Assembly (NCBI GenBank): GCA_012295275.1
Contig: CM022679.1
Coordinates: forward strand, 15,500,001-15,564,000
Reading direction: 5' to 3'
Length of the DNA: 64,000 nt
From: Chrysomallon squamiferum
Lineage: Eukaryota; Animalia; Mollusca
Position numbers and translations under genes: made by a program. How positions within the stretch are numbered: position 1 is the stretch's first letter; each line of letters starts with the position of its first letter. Positions 38,457 through 51,993 of the stretch are shown here, piece after piece. The notes under the pieces were generated by a model. The model worked only from the letters and a program-made list of their open reading frames with translations. It was not told where the DNA came from and did not search any database.

Positions 38457-39476
38457 CACACTCCCTCTCTAGTTTATCTTTTATGCCTGCTTGTTTCTCT
38501 GAACAAATATTAAATCCAACACAAACAAACAGAAACAAATACTCAAGGAAAAGAAAAGAAAAGCGACAAAAACACCAGAAAACCCGACAAAGCAACGAAA
38601 CGGCAGCATTTATTAAAAAAAAATTAACGTTTTGAAAGAAAACATTTTTGAAATAACGTTCCGCGTTCATACCACATGCTTAATTTTATGATTACTGAAA
38701 TTTGAGGAGCACTTACATAATCAATTTCATTTTATTACAAAAACAAACAAAGGAAAAAACAACAAACAAACAACATTTGGATTTGATTTCTATTGAATCG
38801 ACGGGTCGTATGAATGCCAGTTAATGAGTAATTAATATTTACAACTAAAATAAATTTTAAATTCGTTTTATTGATATTACGTGTTTTTAAATCCTACCTA
38901 TAAAACGTGGCGCCACAATCAATCTCAGTGTAATTTTAAGGACTGTGGTTAAAGCTTTTAAACTTCATTTTTTTTGACAGTAATTAAAATAATAAGAAGT
39001 AGTTAAATAACAGTAAAAAGAAAACTAATATTCACGTTTTTTAAAACCGCAGCGAACCAGACAAGATATTTCACTATTTTTCTGTACCACGACACAACGG
39101 CCACCAACTTTCACCTACAAGAAATAAAGAACAAATGTATACAAAATACCGAGGTACATACACTTATGTACACTTATATACACTTACATAAATATATACG
39201 CATGCATGCACATACGAAGACACATAAATATACACATACATATACATAATTTTACATTCGCACATAACTTATAGACTTGAAACAAAACAATTATACATAC
39301 GTACCAGTACACATAAACATATTCATACACACATGTATTCACCCAATGATAGTCTTTAATATTCTGATACAAATAAAAAAAACGTTTAGTGTATGTCATA
39401 AATACACGCATACACTCAAGATATCTAAAGAACAACAAAACTAATAAAATGTTTTAAATGCACGACGTATTTACAT

Positions 39477-40133
39477 GAATCTAGGAAAAAAAGTCACATG
39501 AAAAAAGTCACAGAAAAAAAAACAAAAACCACACGAAAAAAGTGACAATTTTTAATTAAGAAATATATTAGCCAAGAAAGATAGATTAAACACATTTTGT
39601 CAGCGTTTTTTGTTAATGTTCTTTGATTTTAATGTTGGTGCTTTATCTTTCACTGAGTTGTGTATTTTGGTGAGACAGACATGGGTCTGATCTGCAGCGT
39701 GGTTGTGGGGTAGATCTACTTCTGGGTGCTCTCTCTGTAAGTCTGTTATCACAGAACCCTTACTATTACCACTAGATCTTCTGACGTATTTCCACCACAA
39801 CTTTGTCTTGTGAGTTGCATGTTTGGTATACATGAACCCCTCATAACAGGTTTTGTTACCACCTTTATTCCTATGAATAACTTCCATATTAAACATACTT
39901 CTGATACTAAAGCAAGCTGGAGAATATAAAGTGAAACACATTTTAACCTGGGACATTTAATAAATCATTTACAATAGGAAGCCCTTAGTTTAAATCTATC
40001 CTAATCAGTAAGCTAGACCCAAGCATCACCCCTAATCAGTAAGTTTAACCTATGCATGCTACGATGTCACATTCAATACTCTACAAACCCATACATCTTG
40101 TTATATAAAAATTACGACTTTTTTCCAGCCACC
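39477..40133 (-). mobile_element. Internally deleted MULE/Mutator-type DNA transposon with degenerate FLYWCH domain
   Basis: Flanked by identical ATTTACAT (39469-39476 and 40134-40141). Left end has tandem GGAAAAAAAGTCAC-type repeats; right end carries the inverted GACTTTTTTCC. Minus ORF 39956-39600 reads NKGGNKTCYEGFMYTK...WWK...KGSVIT...HNHAAD. Confidence 0.8.
39600..39890 (-). pseudogene. FLYWCH zinc-finger N-terminus of a MULE transposase, degenerate and truncated
   Basis: GG-K, EGFMY, W, KG-T and HNH spacing fit FLYWCH, but the two Cys positions read Y (WWKY) and S (SKG); no DDE domain follows. Confidence 0.7.
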
Positions 40134-40482
40134 ATTTACATAACGGTTTCAGATTTTGAAATAAATATGGCACATATAGTAGGCTTTATTATTTTTCATT
40201 ATTATTCATTGAATTAGAAAAAATAGCTGTATTCTCCCTGAGGACAAAGCAATTTACATATAAATTATTCAATTAAGGAAGATAATCTTAGAGATTATCT
40301 TGTTGTTAAAGAAATTGTGAAATTACCTTGTGGGGTAAAAAAAGAAAAAAAAAAGACACAAAATGAGAGGGTCATCTACAAGTAGGTAAAGTCGACATAA
40401 ACAAAGACATCCTGCAATTCAACATCTACTGTTTCATCATCAAGTCGTTTAACGGGACTTTGACTCGCCTGAATATCAAAGG

Positions 40483-40533
<51 letters not shown>

Positions 40534-41411
40534 GCAGCTGTCTTGTATTGTCATTTTCACTGAATGCAGTTCTTATCTCTAAAATGATTACGAAGAACAT
40601 TTTAAAGTTAAATGTCCGTCCCGCGAATCTCTCTTACATATAAAGAAAATACATCCAAAATTGTTTTATTCTATGAGCATGGAAGATTTTTTCTTTTCAT
40701 CCTTATTCTTTCTTTCTTTAGTCTATGTGAAAAGACTAATTTTCTTTTCTTTTTTTTTGGGGGGGGGGGTCATTTGTTATATTCTGAAAAGTATAAGTTT
40801 CAACGCGTACATTTAATTCCCAGTCACAGTATCTCCCCATCTCCTCAAAATAATTTATTTATTATTATTATTATTATTTTTTTTTACAATATTTTTTTGT
40901 TAAAAGAAACCGTTATGAATATCAGTAATTGTATACTTTAAGCAAAACTATTTTTTTTTTCGATTAAATAGTTTACTGGTCTTCGTGTTAATATATTCAC
41001 ACTGAAGTACATATAAAGTGGAATAAACTATTGAATGTATTTTATGTTGCCCAAATGGCTTCAGACAAACGTATTGTACGTTTTGTAAACGATAGTCCAT
41101 TCACATACCGCATTTATTAACATACGATTATACTGCTTGTATACATAAATCAAATAACGAAAATTAATTTTGACATGCAAGGATACGTACTTTCAACATT
41201 ATATAAATTAGCATAAACACATGCGCATTCATATATACACATATTAACATTCAGCTATATAAATATGCATAAATACATACAAATAATCTTTCATATACTT
41301 GAAACTAACAAACACATTTCTGTATTAAGGTATTTATGAGGTCTAAAAGATACGTTATGATTGCTTTCTTGAACAATAAATTTACGTACAATGTTAATAC
41401 ATACGTACAAT

Positions 41412-41670
41412 ATTAATACAAAATCATTCTCTTTAACAAAAACCAATAATAAAAGAGATACTAAAACATACTCTGAAAAAATTAACTTTTTAAAATATTT
41501 AAAAAAATAAAATAAAATCAAGTTACTCAAAAGATTTAGTGCAACATTAATACAAAATCATTCTCTTTAACAAAAACCAATTATAAAAGAGATGCTGAAA
41601 CAATTAACTCATCTCAATACATTTTTTTTCTTTTTTTTTTGAACAACATTAACTTACTTAACAGATTTAG
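41412..41670. repeat. Tandem duplication, period about 134 bp
   Basis: 57-bp core ATTAATACAAAATCATTCTCTTTAACAAAAACCAAT... at 41412 and 41546 (3 mismatches); TTACT...AGATTTAG repeated at 41523 and 41654. Confidence 0.85.
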
Positions 41671-43169
41671 GGAATGAAACTGTAGCCGGGTGTTCAGAAT
41701 TCCTAAAGTATTATTACTTGTGATAGAATTTTTCATACAAATCGTCAAAAATGTCTTTAATTAACGACCAACACGCGCCAGCCATGTATCCAGTTTCCTA
41801 CCACAGCTGTAATTTGGCAAAAGCAATTTCATTTTCCTGGGCGAAAATTAACTTTCAGATAAGTAAGCATGTATTTAAAGACGAATTATTTTGGCACATG
41901 TTATAAACATTTAAGATCCGTACTTGTTAGCAGCCGGGTTGGTTTCGGGGCTTGCCGGAAAACGTGAGCCAGGTTCGTCAGATGTTGACTTCGTTCTGAA
42001 GTGAAGCACCTCACACTAACGAAGGTGTTCGAGTGCAATGTCAGAATTAATAAAGTATGTAATGTTGTTTTGTTTCGTTCGGAGAGATTATCACCAGTTC
42101 ATGTTTTGTGTAAATAATCAACTCTGGGAAGATGAAGACCTCCACTCAAATGTGTTTTCATTTTCATCATTATTTTTTCATTTTTTTTCATTTTTTTGTT
42201 TTTTTATTATTTTTTGTTGTTGTGAGGTGTGTGTGTGTGTGTGTATGTATTTTTGTCTTCTTTCATATTTTTTTTCTTTTTTCTTTTTTCTTTGTTTCCT
42301 TTCCTTCATTCCTTTCTTTTTCACAGTCTTTCTTGTTCTTTCTTCTTCCAATCATTCTATGAGTTATTTTTCTTTTCGTTCGTTACTCCGAATTTTGTTC
42401 TTAGCTTCTTTCTCGCACTTCTTTCGTGTTTTTTTTTTTTTTTTTTTATTTTTTTTTCTATCATGTTTTTTTCATTCTTTCTTCTAATCTCTCTTATTTT
42501 CTTGTAATTATTTATTTCCTGTTTCCCTCGTCATTCTTTCATTCTTCCTTTCTTTCTTCTGCTCTTTTCCATATTCCTTCCATTCTTAATTTCATGCTTT
42601 CAATTAATTTTTTTTATACCTTTATTACATTCTTCAAACAGAAAACACAGACAATTAAATCTGATTACGTGCATCATCATTATTATTTTTTTTTAAATTC
42701 TAATCTATAGTTTTGTGAAACATACACCGCTGGTTGACTGAAGTTTTGAATTTCCTTACTCTTTATATTCACATACGAAATTTAGAGATTAACCTTTTAA
42801 TCTGACCTAGACAAAATAACAACAAAGGAGATATCAGACTAGATAAACAAGAGTTAAAAAAATATAATTCGTCAAGTTAAAGCTCACTGTTACATTAAAC
42901 GTCTCTTGGATTCGTGTTATACAGACTCGGCGAGTTTCAAATACTGAAACTGTTAGATGGGTGGTCGCAGTCGACACTTTTAAACAACAGACAACCTATC
43001 TGTGTTCCTTCCTATCTACTTACCTACTTAATATTTAACTCTCCATCTTTTTCGTCCGACCATCCACCCTACAAACATCCATTCTGTCAGGCTCCATCCG
43101 TGAAAACTTCCATTAATCCATCCATCCGTTCGGCTGCCCACCCGTTCATTCATACATCCATTTTATTTC

Positions 43170-43216
43170 AGTCTGTCTGTTTGTCTACCTTTCTGTCTGT
43201 ATATCTATCTGTCTTC

Positions 43217-43312
<96 letters not shown>

Positions 43313-43393
43313 CTAAATATCTCTTTCTATTTATCTGTCTGTTTCTTTGTTCTGCTTCCTACCTACCTACCTATCTACCTATCTATCTATCTG

Positions 43394-43424
<31 letters not shown>

Positions 43425-43463
43425 GTCTATCTATCATCTATCTATCTATCTATCTACCTATCT
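43170..43463. repeat. (CT)n/(CTAT)n compound microsatellite
   Basis: Direct read. Confidence 0.92.
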
Positions 43464-44258
43464 AGTAAACCTTCCGACAATTTGTGTGTTTCTTTCATTT
43501 CTGTCTCTCTTTGTTTGTATATCAAGGAATCTGTCTATTGCTTATACATACTTTAATCATGCGGTTATTGTTGGCTTTCCATTACCTCTGTATTTTTAAT
43601 GTACTAACAATGAATCCGACATGCAGTTTGTATCTGCGCTTTAAGAAAAAAAAAAAAAAATCTTATGGGGGAAAATAATTGGTCTTATTTTGTTTACACT
43701 TTGTGTGATGAGGAGTCATTAATCTAAAAAGAAACATCACAGTAATATTATTTATTAATACCTCGTGATTACGTGTCGCTTGAGCTAATTAAATATTCAA
43801 ATTTGATTAGAACAGTTATATTTTATGGACTCCAAATTATAACGGGTCGATAAGAGGAAAGTGGAGAAAAAAACACCAACGTGTATGACATTGTATGTTT
43901 AAATAATGCTTTCTAAAGATCAGTGAAACGAAATGCAATTAAGATCTAAGTACAGTACTCAGTCTGATTGATGATGCAGCTGGCGTGTTTAAGAAATTGT
44001 TCCTCTGTTGTTGTTTTTTTAACCTCGTGTATCGTGAATGTTGTAATGAAAGGGTCTAAATTCTTTTTGTAAAAGGATGAAATTTCAAAAAATATTTATC
44101 GTACTGTTTGTTATCTGAAAATATCAGTTATGTTTCGTTTTAAATTTCCTGGTATCATTTTTCATTAAGCTAAATGTACGATGTCATGTGGTAACAGATT
44201 GCTTTTTTTCATTTAGCAGGATTCGAAGGTTCTAAGGTTACAGGTGTCCGTAGAATTG

Positions 44259-44466
44259 CAATAATAATAATAATAACAACATTAACAACAGCAGCAGCAA
44301 CAATAACTGTAATAGTAATAATGATATTAATAACAATAATAATAATAACAACAACGACAGCAACAATAATTGTAATAGTAATAATGATATTAATAATAAT
44401 AACAACATTAACAACAGCAGCAGCAACAGTAATAATAATGATGATGATAATAATAATAATAATAAC

Positions 44467-44507
<41 letters not shown>

Positions 44508-44662
44508 CATTAACAACAGCAGCAGCAACAGTAACAATAATAATAATAATAATAATAACAACAACAACGACAGCAATAATAATAATATTAATAATAATGA
44601 TGATGATGATGATAATAATGGTAATAACAACAACAACAGCAACAATAATAATAATGATGATG
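44259..44662. repeat. Compound trinucleotide (ATA/ACA/GCA/GAT) array with higher-order duplication
   Basis: ATAACAACATTAACAACAGCAGCAGCAACA exact at 44273, 44399 and 44501. Confidence 0.9.
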
Positions 44663-46035
44663 AAAAAACTGAAATAAATTTTTGAAATAAAAACAACCAA
44701 AGGTAAGTAATTTGAAGATATTGTGTCTGTAGTATGTGTGTGTATGTATGTATGTATGTATGTATGTATGTATGTATGTATGTATGTATAGACGTATGTG
44801 TGTATGTATGTAAGTATTTGTCCCTGTATCTATGTTTATATGTATGTATGTGTGTAGATACGCGTGTATATATGTTTGTGTAAATGGTTAGGAAATTTGT
44901 TTATAATAAACACCTATATGTATGCACTTATTATATGTTTTTCTCAGTATTTTCATCTATATTTTATGGATCCATATACTTTTATCTACTATTTTATCTG
45001 GTATATCTCATGTACTGTGTATATACTCTATTAACTTTACATTTAAGGACACGTGAAAGATATTTTTTTGAAAATGCAAATTATCTCCAGCTAGCTGGAA
45101 AAAAAAAATATAAACTAAACTGAGTTTTTAATGTCCGCGAATTTTCCAATATCACAAAGACGGCCATATTTTATAATGAGCTGTTATAATCGATTGCGAT
45201 CTTTTCCTTCGAAGGTTGTCAAGATAAACATGAATAGATATTTCTGATGTTGAAAATGATTTATGGCGATGTTTAAAATCCACAGTATTATGGCTGTTTA
45301 TTTCATAGGTATGAATAATACATCGCCATTGATGCTAAGTTCGAAATAACGACGAAGGTGTGAACTGTGGCCAGTTCTCAATCTGGCATCATTGTAGTGG
45401 AGAGAATCATCGAAATAAAACGACACGAGAAAAACTGTCTTTCATTCATTTTTGTTTTTCAAAAGCTAAAAATTAATTTAGCGTGTCCCGTGATCTGTAT
45501 TCCAATCTTCCATACGATAAATAACATTTTTATTTTTTATTAGGTTTCCAAATGCCACGTTATGGCCAGTGCGTATTGTTCGTGAACGTTTCTGGAGAGT
45601 AAAAACTTATCTGGAAGAATCGCTAACGCTCGTCGTAATCCGTGTTTTCAGAAACTAAACTTTCGGGCTAATTTGCTTTCATCCCCATCAGTTCCAGGCT
45701 TTACAGCATGCAGAATATGTTTTTATAATAAATCCCGGTTGATATTAAAAACTGAAAGCACAGCCTTTTAATGTACTTTTTTTTTTTTTTTTTTTTTACA
45801 TTATGTCGTTTGAGTACTATTAAGTGCGTGCATCGTTCTGTCGTCTGCAGTTATGAGCAGACGACATTCAGAAATATGCAGACATAAATTTACTTGATGT
45901 GGATATGTCTTCTGTATTTTGGATAGAAATACTCAATGTTTTTAGTCGCATTTTTTTCTGTTTTATTGGTCTGAAGGTAAGAATAGGAAATGGTTTTTAA
46001 TATCCTAACTAAAGTTTATTAAATGTTAGAAAAAA

Positions 46036-46078
<43 letters not shown>

Positions 46079-47291
46079 AATGAAACGAAACTAAAGAGGA
46101 ATTAATGTTTTAGTTAAAAAATCACAGTTATATTGTAATATATATTTAAATTAGATTTATAAATTTTGTTGTGTCTTTATCGGTGCTGCTAATTTTGTTA
46201 TTGCTATCGTTGTGATATTTGCGGAGCAATCTATTCCCAGGTTATTTTGTTTTATTTTTATTTTTATTTTTGTTTTTATTTCTATTTTTATTTATTTATT
46301 TATTTGTTGGTTGTTTGTTTGTTTGATTGCTTGTTCGTTTCTTTATTTATTAACTTACATATTTCTTTATTTATTTTGTTTGCTTATTGTCTGCTTATGT
46401 AGTTCTTGATTTAAAATATATCTGTTTCTACTACACTTGTAATTTTGTTATTGTTATTGCTGTTATTAATATTATTATCATTACTATTATAACTATTATT
46501 ATTATTATTAGGTTCTCAATGTAATTTTTACTTTTTATCAAACACCGCACTTGCTTCAAAACAGAAATAATATTTAAAAAACCCCATTTATTATAATTAA
46601 TAATATTATTATTGTTGTTCATATGTTTATTTTTCATTCGCTTACCAATTTCAGAATATTTTATAATTTCTTGTCTTCTTTTTTGTGTTTGAATTCAATT
46701 ACTGTTATTTTTATATTTACGAAAACAAAAAAATATGGCGTTACGGAGACAAAAATATCACAAATTTGTATTTACGTAAATAATAAACTATGAGTAATCT
46801 ATTACAATATACACAATTTAATATCTGTCTATGTATATAAACGGAAACTAAAATTGATATATGTTCATAAAAAAGTCTTAAAATTCTTAAACACAAGAAT
46901 ATGAGTTGAGTTTTCGTTTTTTGTTTATTTTTTTCAAATTTATTGTTTTGAACAATTTTTATGTATCATTTTTACAAAAAAAAAAAAATTTTTTATTTAA
47001 TTGAATTTATAATATTTTATCTTTTAAACAAAAACAGAGTAGAACAAAGTGTTTTAATTTGTTAATGAACACTAAGCCATTTGATATCTTGAATGTTTCA
47101 CTTTCATTTTATCTTTGTATTATGTTACTGTGCAAAGAGGCCTATCTGATATTTTGTTTGAAATTTAGATTTCTCTTTTGCACAGAAAAAAATTTATCAG
47201 AAATATAACTTTTTTTATTTCGGCAATTTAATTTTATTTAAAATGAAAATCACAAAAAATGCGTTTTAGCGCACGTAAAATGATACATTTG

Positions 47292-48183
47292 TTTTTATTC
47301 TATTGTATTTTATTTGATTTCATGCTTTTAAATTTTATTTTAATTTATTTGTATCAGGTCAGCAGGTATTCTTTTGTATTGTTAATAAAAATTATACTGA
47401 GTAATCTCTTGAGTTTAAAAAATAAAATACGTATGTATTCTGTAGAATATATTTAAAATTGAAACTTATACAGAGCAGTATCCTTTAATAATGTTCAAAT
47501 GCGCTTAGCAAACCTAACACAACAAAAATCTAAAATAAAATAATAATAATAAAACTAAATGAATATTTTAAACTAACGTGCTGTCCATAGACAATGTAAT
47601 CATTGAGGTATCCATTTTGAATGCATTGTAGAGGATCCATTTTAAATATGTTATTTGAAGTTAAAAAGAAAGAAAGAAAGAAAAAATAATAACACATTTT
47701 GGATAAAAATATGTACTGGTTACGCAAATTGAAAATATCACAGTGAAATATATTTTTCAGTTTTTTTTAATTTTATTATTATTTAAAATATACAATTGTA
47801 AAAATATTAGATATATAGAAAAAATGAAGAAGAAGAAGCAAAAAAAAACAACAACAAAAAAGATGGAAAAAATAAAAATAAATAAAGATAATTTAAGAAA
47901 AAAAGAAAGAAGTTAATGATTTTTAAAACTAAATGTAGCACATAAATTTATTGCGTAGTTTTAATAAGGTGAATACATTATTTTTAATTCAAGGATTTAT
48001 ATTTTATTTTTTATATTTTTTATTTTACATAAATATTATTTGTTTACAGTCTTTTAATAAAAAATAAAAAATGAAAAATAAAAAAATACAGAAAAACTCG
48101 AGTAAAAAAATATAAAATTAAAAATGTATAATAACAGCCAAATATAAATAAAAGAGTATAGTAGTAGTAGTGGTAATAGTAGT

Positions 48184-48242
<59 letters not shown>

Positions 48243-48348
48243 AATAATAATTAAAAATAATATTAAAAAAATAAATTGAGAAAATAAATTTTGTAATTTT
48301 CTAGAAGAAATATATTCATAATTTTATTATTATTATTATTATTATTTA

Positions 48349-48399
<51 letters not shown>

Positions 48400-49282
48400 A
48401 ATGTAATTTTGAAAAATAAATAATACACACTAATATCGAGTATAATTTAAAAGAAAATATCATTTTATTTTTATTTTTGTCTGACAATTTATAATTTTTA
48501 CATTAAACTGTCTTAAGAATGAAGTCCGAATCTTTTTATTATTAAATAAATAATACTTCTAATAATAATAAAAAAAAATAATAATAAAATTTAATTTTTT
48601 TTTTTTTTTTTTTATATATAATAAAATTTAATAAATGTTAAAAATATAAGGTTAAAATGTTTTGTTTGCTTTTAATTCCACATACAACAATATGAAATAA
48701 AATCCCTTAGAATGCCTGCATCTTCAGATGTTCGGTAACAGTGCATTGCGTTCACCGAAACTCATTTCACAAAAATCTAATCATTTTCTTTTTGAAATCG
48801 ACGGACAAAGCAGCAAAATAGACGCGTTTACAAGGCCTGCACATTACATTGATTCTAACTAGGAAGGCGTAGAATATCTTTTCAGTTAAACAATGCTGTA
48901 TAATTGAAAGTGAAGTGAGAAAAGAGTAGTTTGAAGAACTGTTTATACAATGGTGACGCAAATGCGTTTAAAGGCTGAAGGTTATTTGATGAATGCCATG
49001 TGTGTGTTTTTCACTACGTACGTTTAACGAAAGAGATTTTAAAAATAAAAAAAGTATTTTAAAAAAGCACCTGCAGGTTAGCAGGTACCTTATATATTGT
49101 TAATAAAAAATTTATGTTGAAAATAAATACACACACACACATATTTTATTTTTTTTAAATCAAGAGACTATTCAGTATACATTTTTATTAACAATATAAA
49201 AAAATACCTGCTAACCTTAATCTTACATAAATAAAATAAAATTTAAAAGCATGAAATAAAATAAAATACAATAGAATAAAAA
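47292..49282. repeat. ~140-bp inverted repeat pair (47292-47429 and 49142-49282) with a third partial copy at 49075-49115
   Basis: TTTTTATTCTATTGTATTTTAT...AGCAGGTATT...TCTCTTGA matches the reverse complement of TCAAGAGA...AATACCTGCT...ATACAATAGAATAAAAA. Confidence 0.8.
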
Positions 49283-49704
49283 ATAAAATAAAATAAAATA
49301 AATAAAATATTTAACTGAAGATTTATAAGATAAAATGAAACAAAATTAAATTTACACATGTATAATATAAAAGTAATTTTTTTTTAATAAATAACAACAT
49401 GTTTAAATGTATAAAAATAAAAATGACAAACTCTAATGGAAGGAAAATATTTTTGTAAAACAAACAGTCAAAGCACACAGGTTAATGTTTTTATAGTTTT
49501 CACTTATCAAAAGTAATAAAAATTTTTTTTTTATAAAGATTTTTGACTAGTAAATGTACAGTATAAAAATGTTAAAACTAACTCTTCACAAAGTATTAAT
49601 ACAACAGCAAAAACTTTAAAAAAAAAAAAAAAAAAAATAATAAAGAAATAAATAAAAATAAAAATAAAATAAAATCTATTAAATAAATAAATAAAGAAAT
49701 AAAT

Positions 49705-49769
<65 letters not shown>

Positions 49770-50361
49770 ATCTTCCAAGACTTTTTAAAAAATAATATTT
49801 TTTTGACTTTTTTATCAAAAATATAATTTAATAGAATATTTGAAAAAATAAATTAAATAATATATAAAAAAAAATAAAAATAAAATGGTAATAATAAGAA
49901 AAAATAAGACTAAACAATGTATATGCAACATTAAAATTATAAAAATAAAATATATGATTTTACATAAAATTTACACGTGTGAGGTGAAATAGCATTTGAA
50001 ATTTTACTGAATACAGTGTTATTGTTAAATACATGTATATACCTTATAAAATAAATAAATAAAAAATAAACAAAAATGTATAGTTTGTAATTATAATAAT
50101 ACTTTGTTAAACTGCATTATTTGATTAAAAAAAGAAAGTCAGATCGGAAATAATATATATATATATATATATATATATTTGAAAACATTAGTATTAAATA
50201 TAACATTATATTTCTTTAAAAAAAAAAAAAAAAGAAATATTAAAAGAAACTGATTAATAAATATAAAAATCTGTTTATTTTTCTTCTTTTTACAAAAAAT
50301 TAAAAATTAAAAAAATTAAAAATTAAAATGTACATAAACAACTAAAGATAAATAAATTGTA

Positions 50362-50403
<42 letters not shown>

Positions 50404-51274
50404 TTTTTCACAAATTTTTTTAAAAAACTTAAAATTGCAAAGATCGTTCAAAATAAAAAATAAATAAATAAATAAATAAATAGGCAAACAAAACAACAAA
50501 CAAACAAAAACAAATCAAATAAATTTAAATGAAAGAAAAAAGAAGTAACAAAACGTAAAAATAAAAATAATAATAATAAAAAAACACATCAGTAAGAACC
50601 AGCCAAAATACTAATAAATTTTTGTGAAATTCAATTAAAAGAGAGTTTATATTAAATTTAATTTTCTTTCACTGAGAAGTGATGACGTATTCTTCTTGTT
50701 TACTCGTCTCTGTAATCTTCGTGTCATTTATCTAACAGAACTGTTCATTGAAAATCGTATCCAAGATGTTGCTTGTCACTTAAAGCACGATTTAAATACG
50801 CTTAATCTTTTCATGATTCATAAATAATCTCGTCCGTTCCATACAAACGTCTGACTGCGGCCGCGCGCTCGGGTTTAGTCATATTTAGCTGTTTGGTTGG
50901 CACCTTTCACTGGAGCTTACCGAGGATTTTCGGGTATTTATGACATAGTTCTCGATGAATTGCGCTAGCCGCAGTGTCAACCAGCTCTGGGCAACAGGTC
51001 CAAATTCCTCTTACTTATTACAAGTCCTGTCACTAGCTGATAGCAGACAAATCATTTACATAGTGGTCAAGCAACAGACTGAGTACCAGGGTCGGTTCTA
51101 AGCATCGGCTACTGTTTCAGAAACGATTGTTTAGGACCTTTTTCTGATGGCTTAATTTTATGCTTTGTACATTTTTCCAGAACTTAACTTTTATACACTG
51201 AACATTTATGTGAGTAAGTGTGTTTGTTTGTATGTGTGAGGATATATTAATATACATACATATATTTTGGATTG

Positions 51275-51342
51275 TGATGGAAATTGTTAGCTCCAGTTTA
51301 GAAAGTTTTGATGGAAATTGTTAGCTCCAGTTTAGAAAGTTT
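51275..51342. repeat. Perfect 34-bp tandem duplication
   Basis: TGATGGAAATTGTTAGCTCCAGTTTAGAAAGTTT x2. Confidence 0.92.
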
Positions 51343-51993
51343 TAATAGAAATCAAGGTACCTTAGCAAAGTAACAACTACCGCGGCTGTATATTAGATGC
51401 ATGGTGTATGTTTTAAAACTAATTTCGAAATGACCGCCCCCTTATTACAAATTCTGTTTTTGATACGATCTTTCAGTAAAACGTAATATAGTTTATTCTC
51501 AGTTGTGAGTCATCGTACTTCATTTGTAAATCTCATTTAAATATTTAATTTGCAAGAGAGATTACTAGTAACGATTACATTGTTTAGGACAGAAGCATAG
51601 TTCTGCTATTAGTACTACTACTGCAGCTACCACAATTATTATTGTTGTTTTTGTTTTTGTTATTACTAGATCAGTTGGCTCGTACTAAATTATAGCTAGT
51701 TTAAAAATAAGAAATAAGATAATGAAGATTATGGTTATGTTAATAATGAATAAGATTTTTTATTAAAGATTTATTAAATATTTTTAGATTTTGCAGGTAG
51801 ATACAAATTTTAAATTTATTCCTTATTTATGCGGATTCGTATCGAAAATAGAACAAATACAATCTCTTATACACATATATAGGTATAATTATGTATGTTT
51901 GTATGTATATGTATCTGATGTTTGTATGCATATATATATATATATATATATATGTATGTTTGCGTATATATATATATATATGTAATAATTTAT

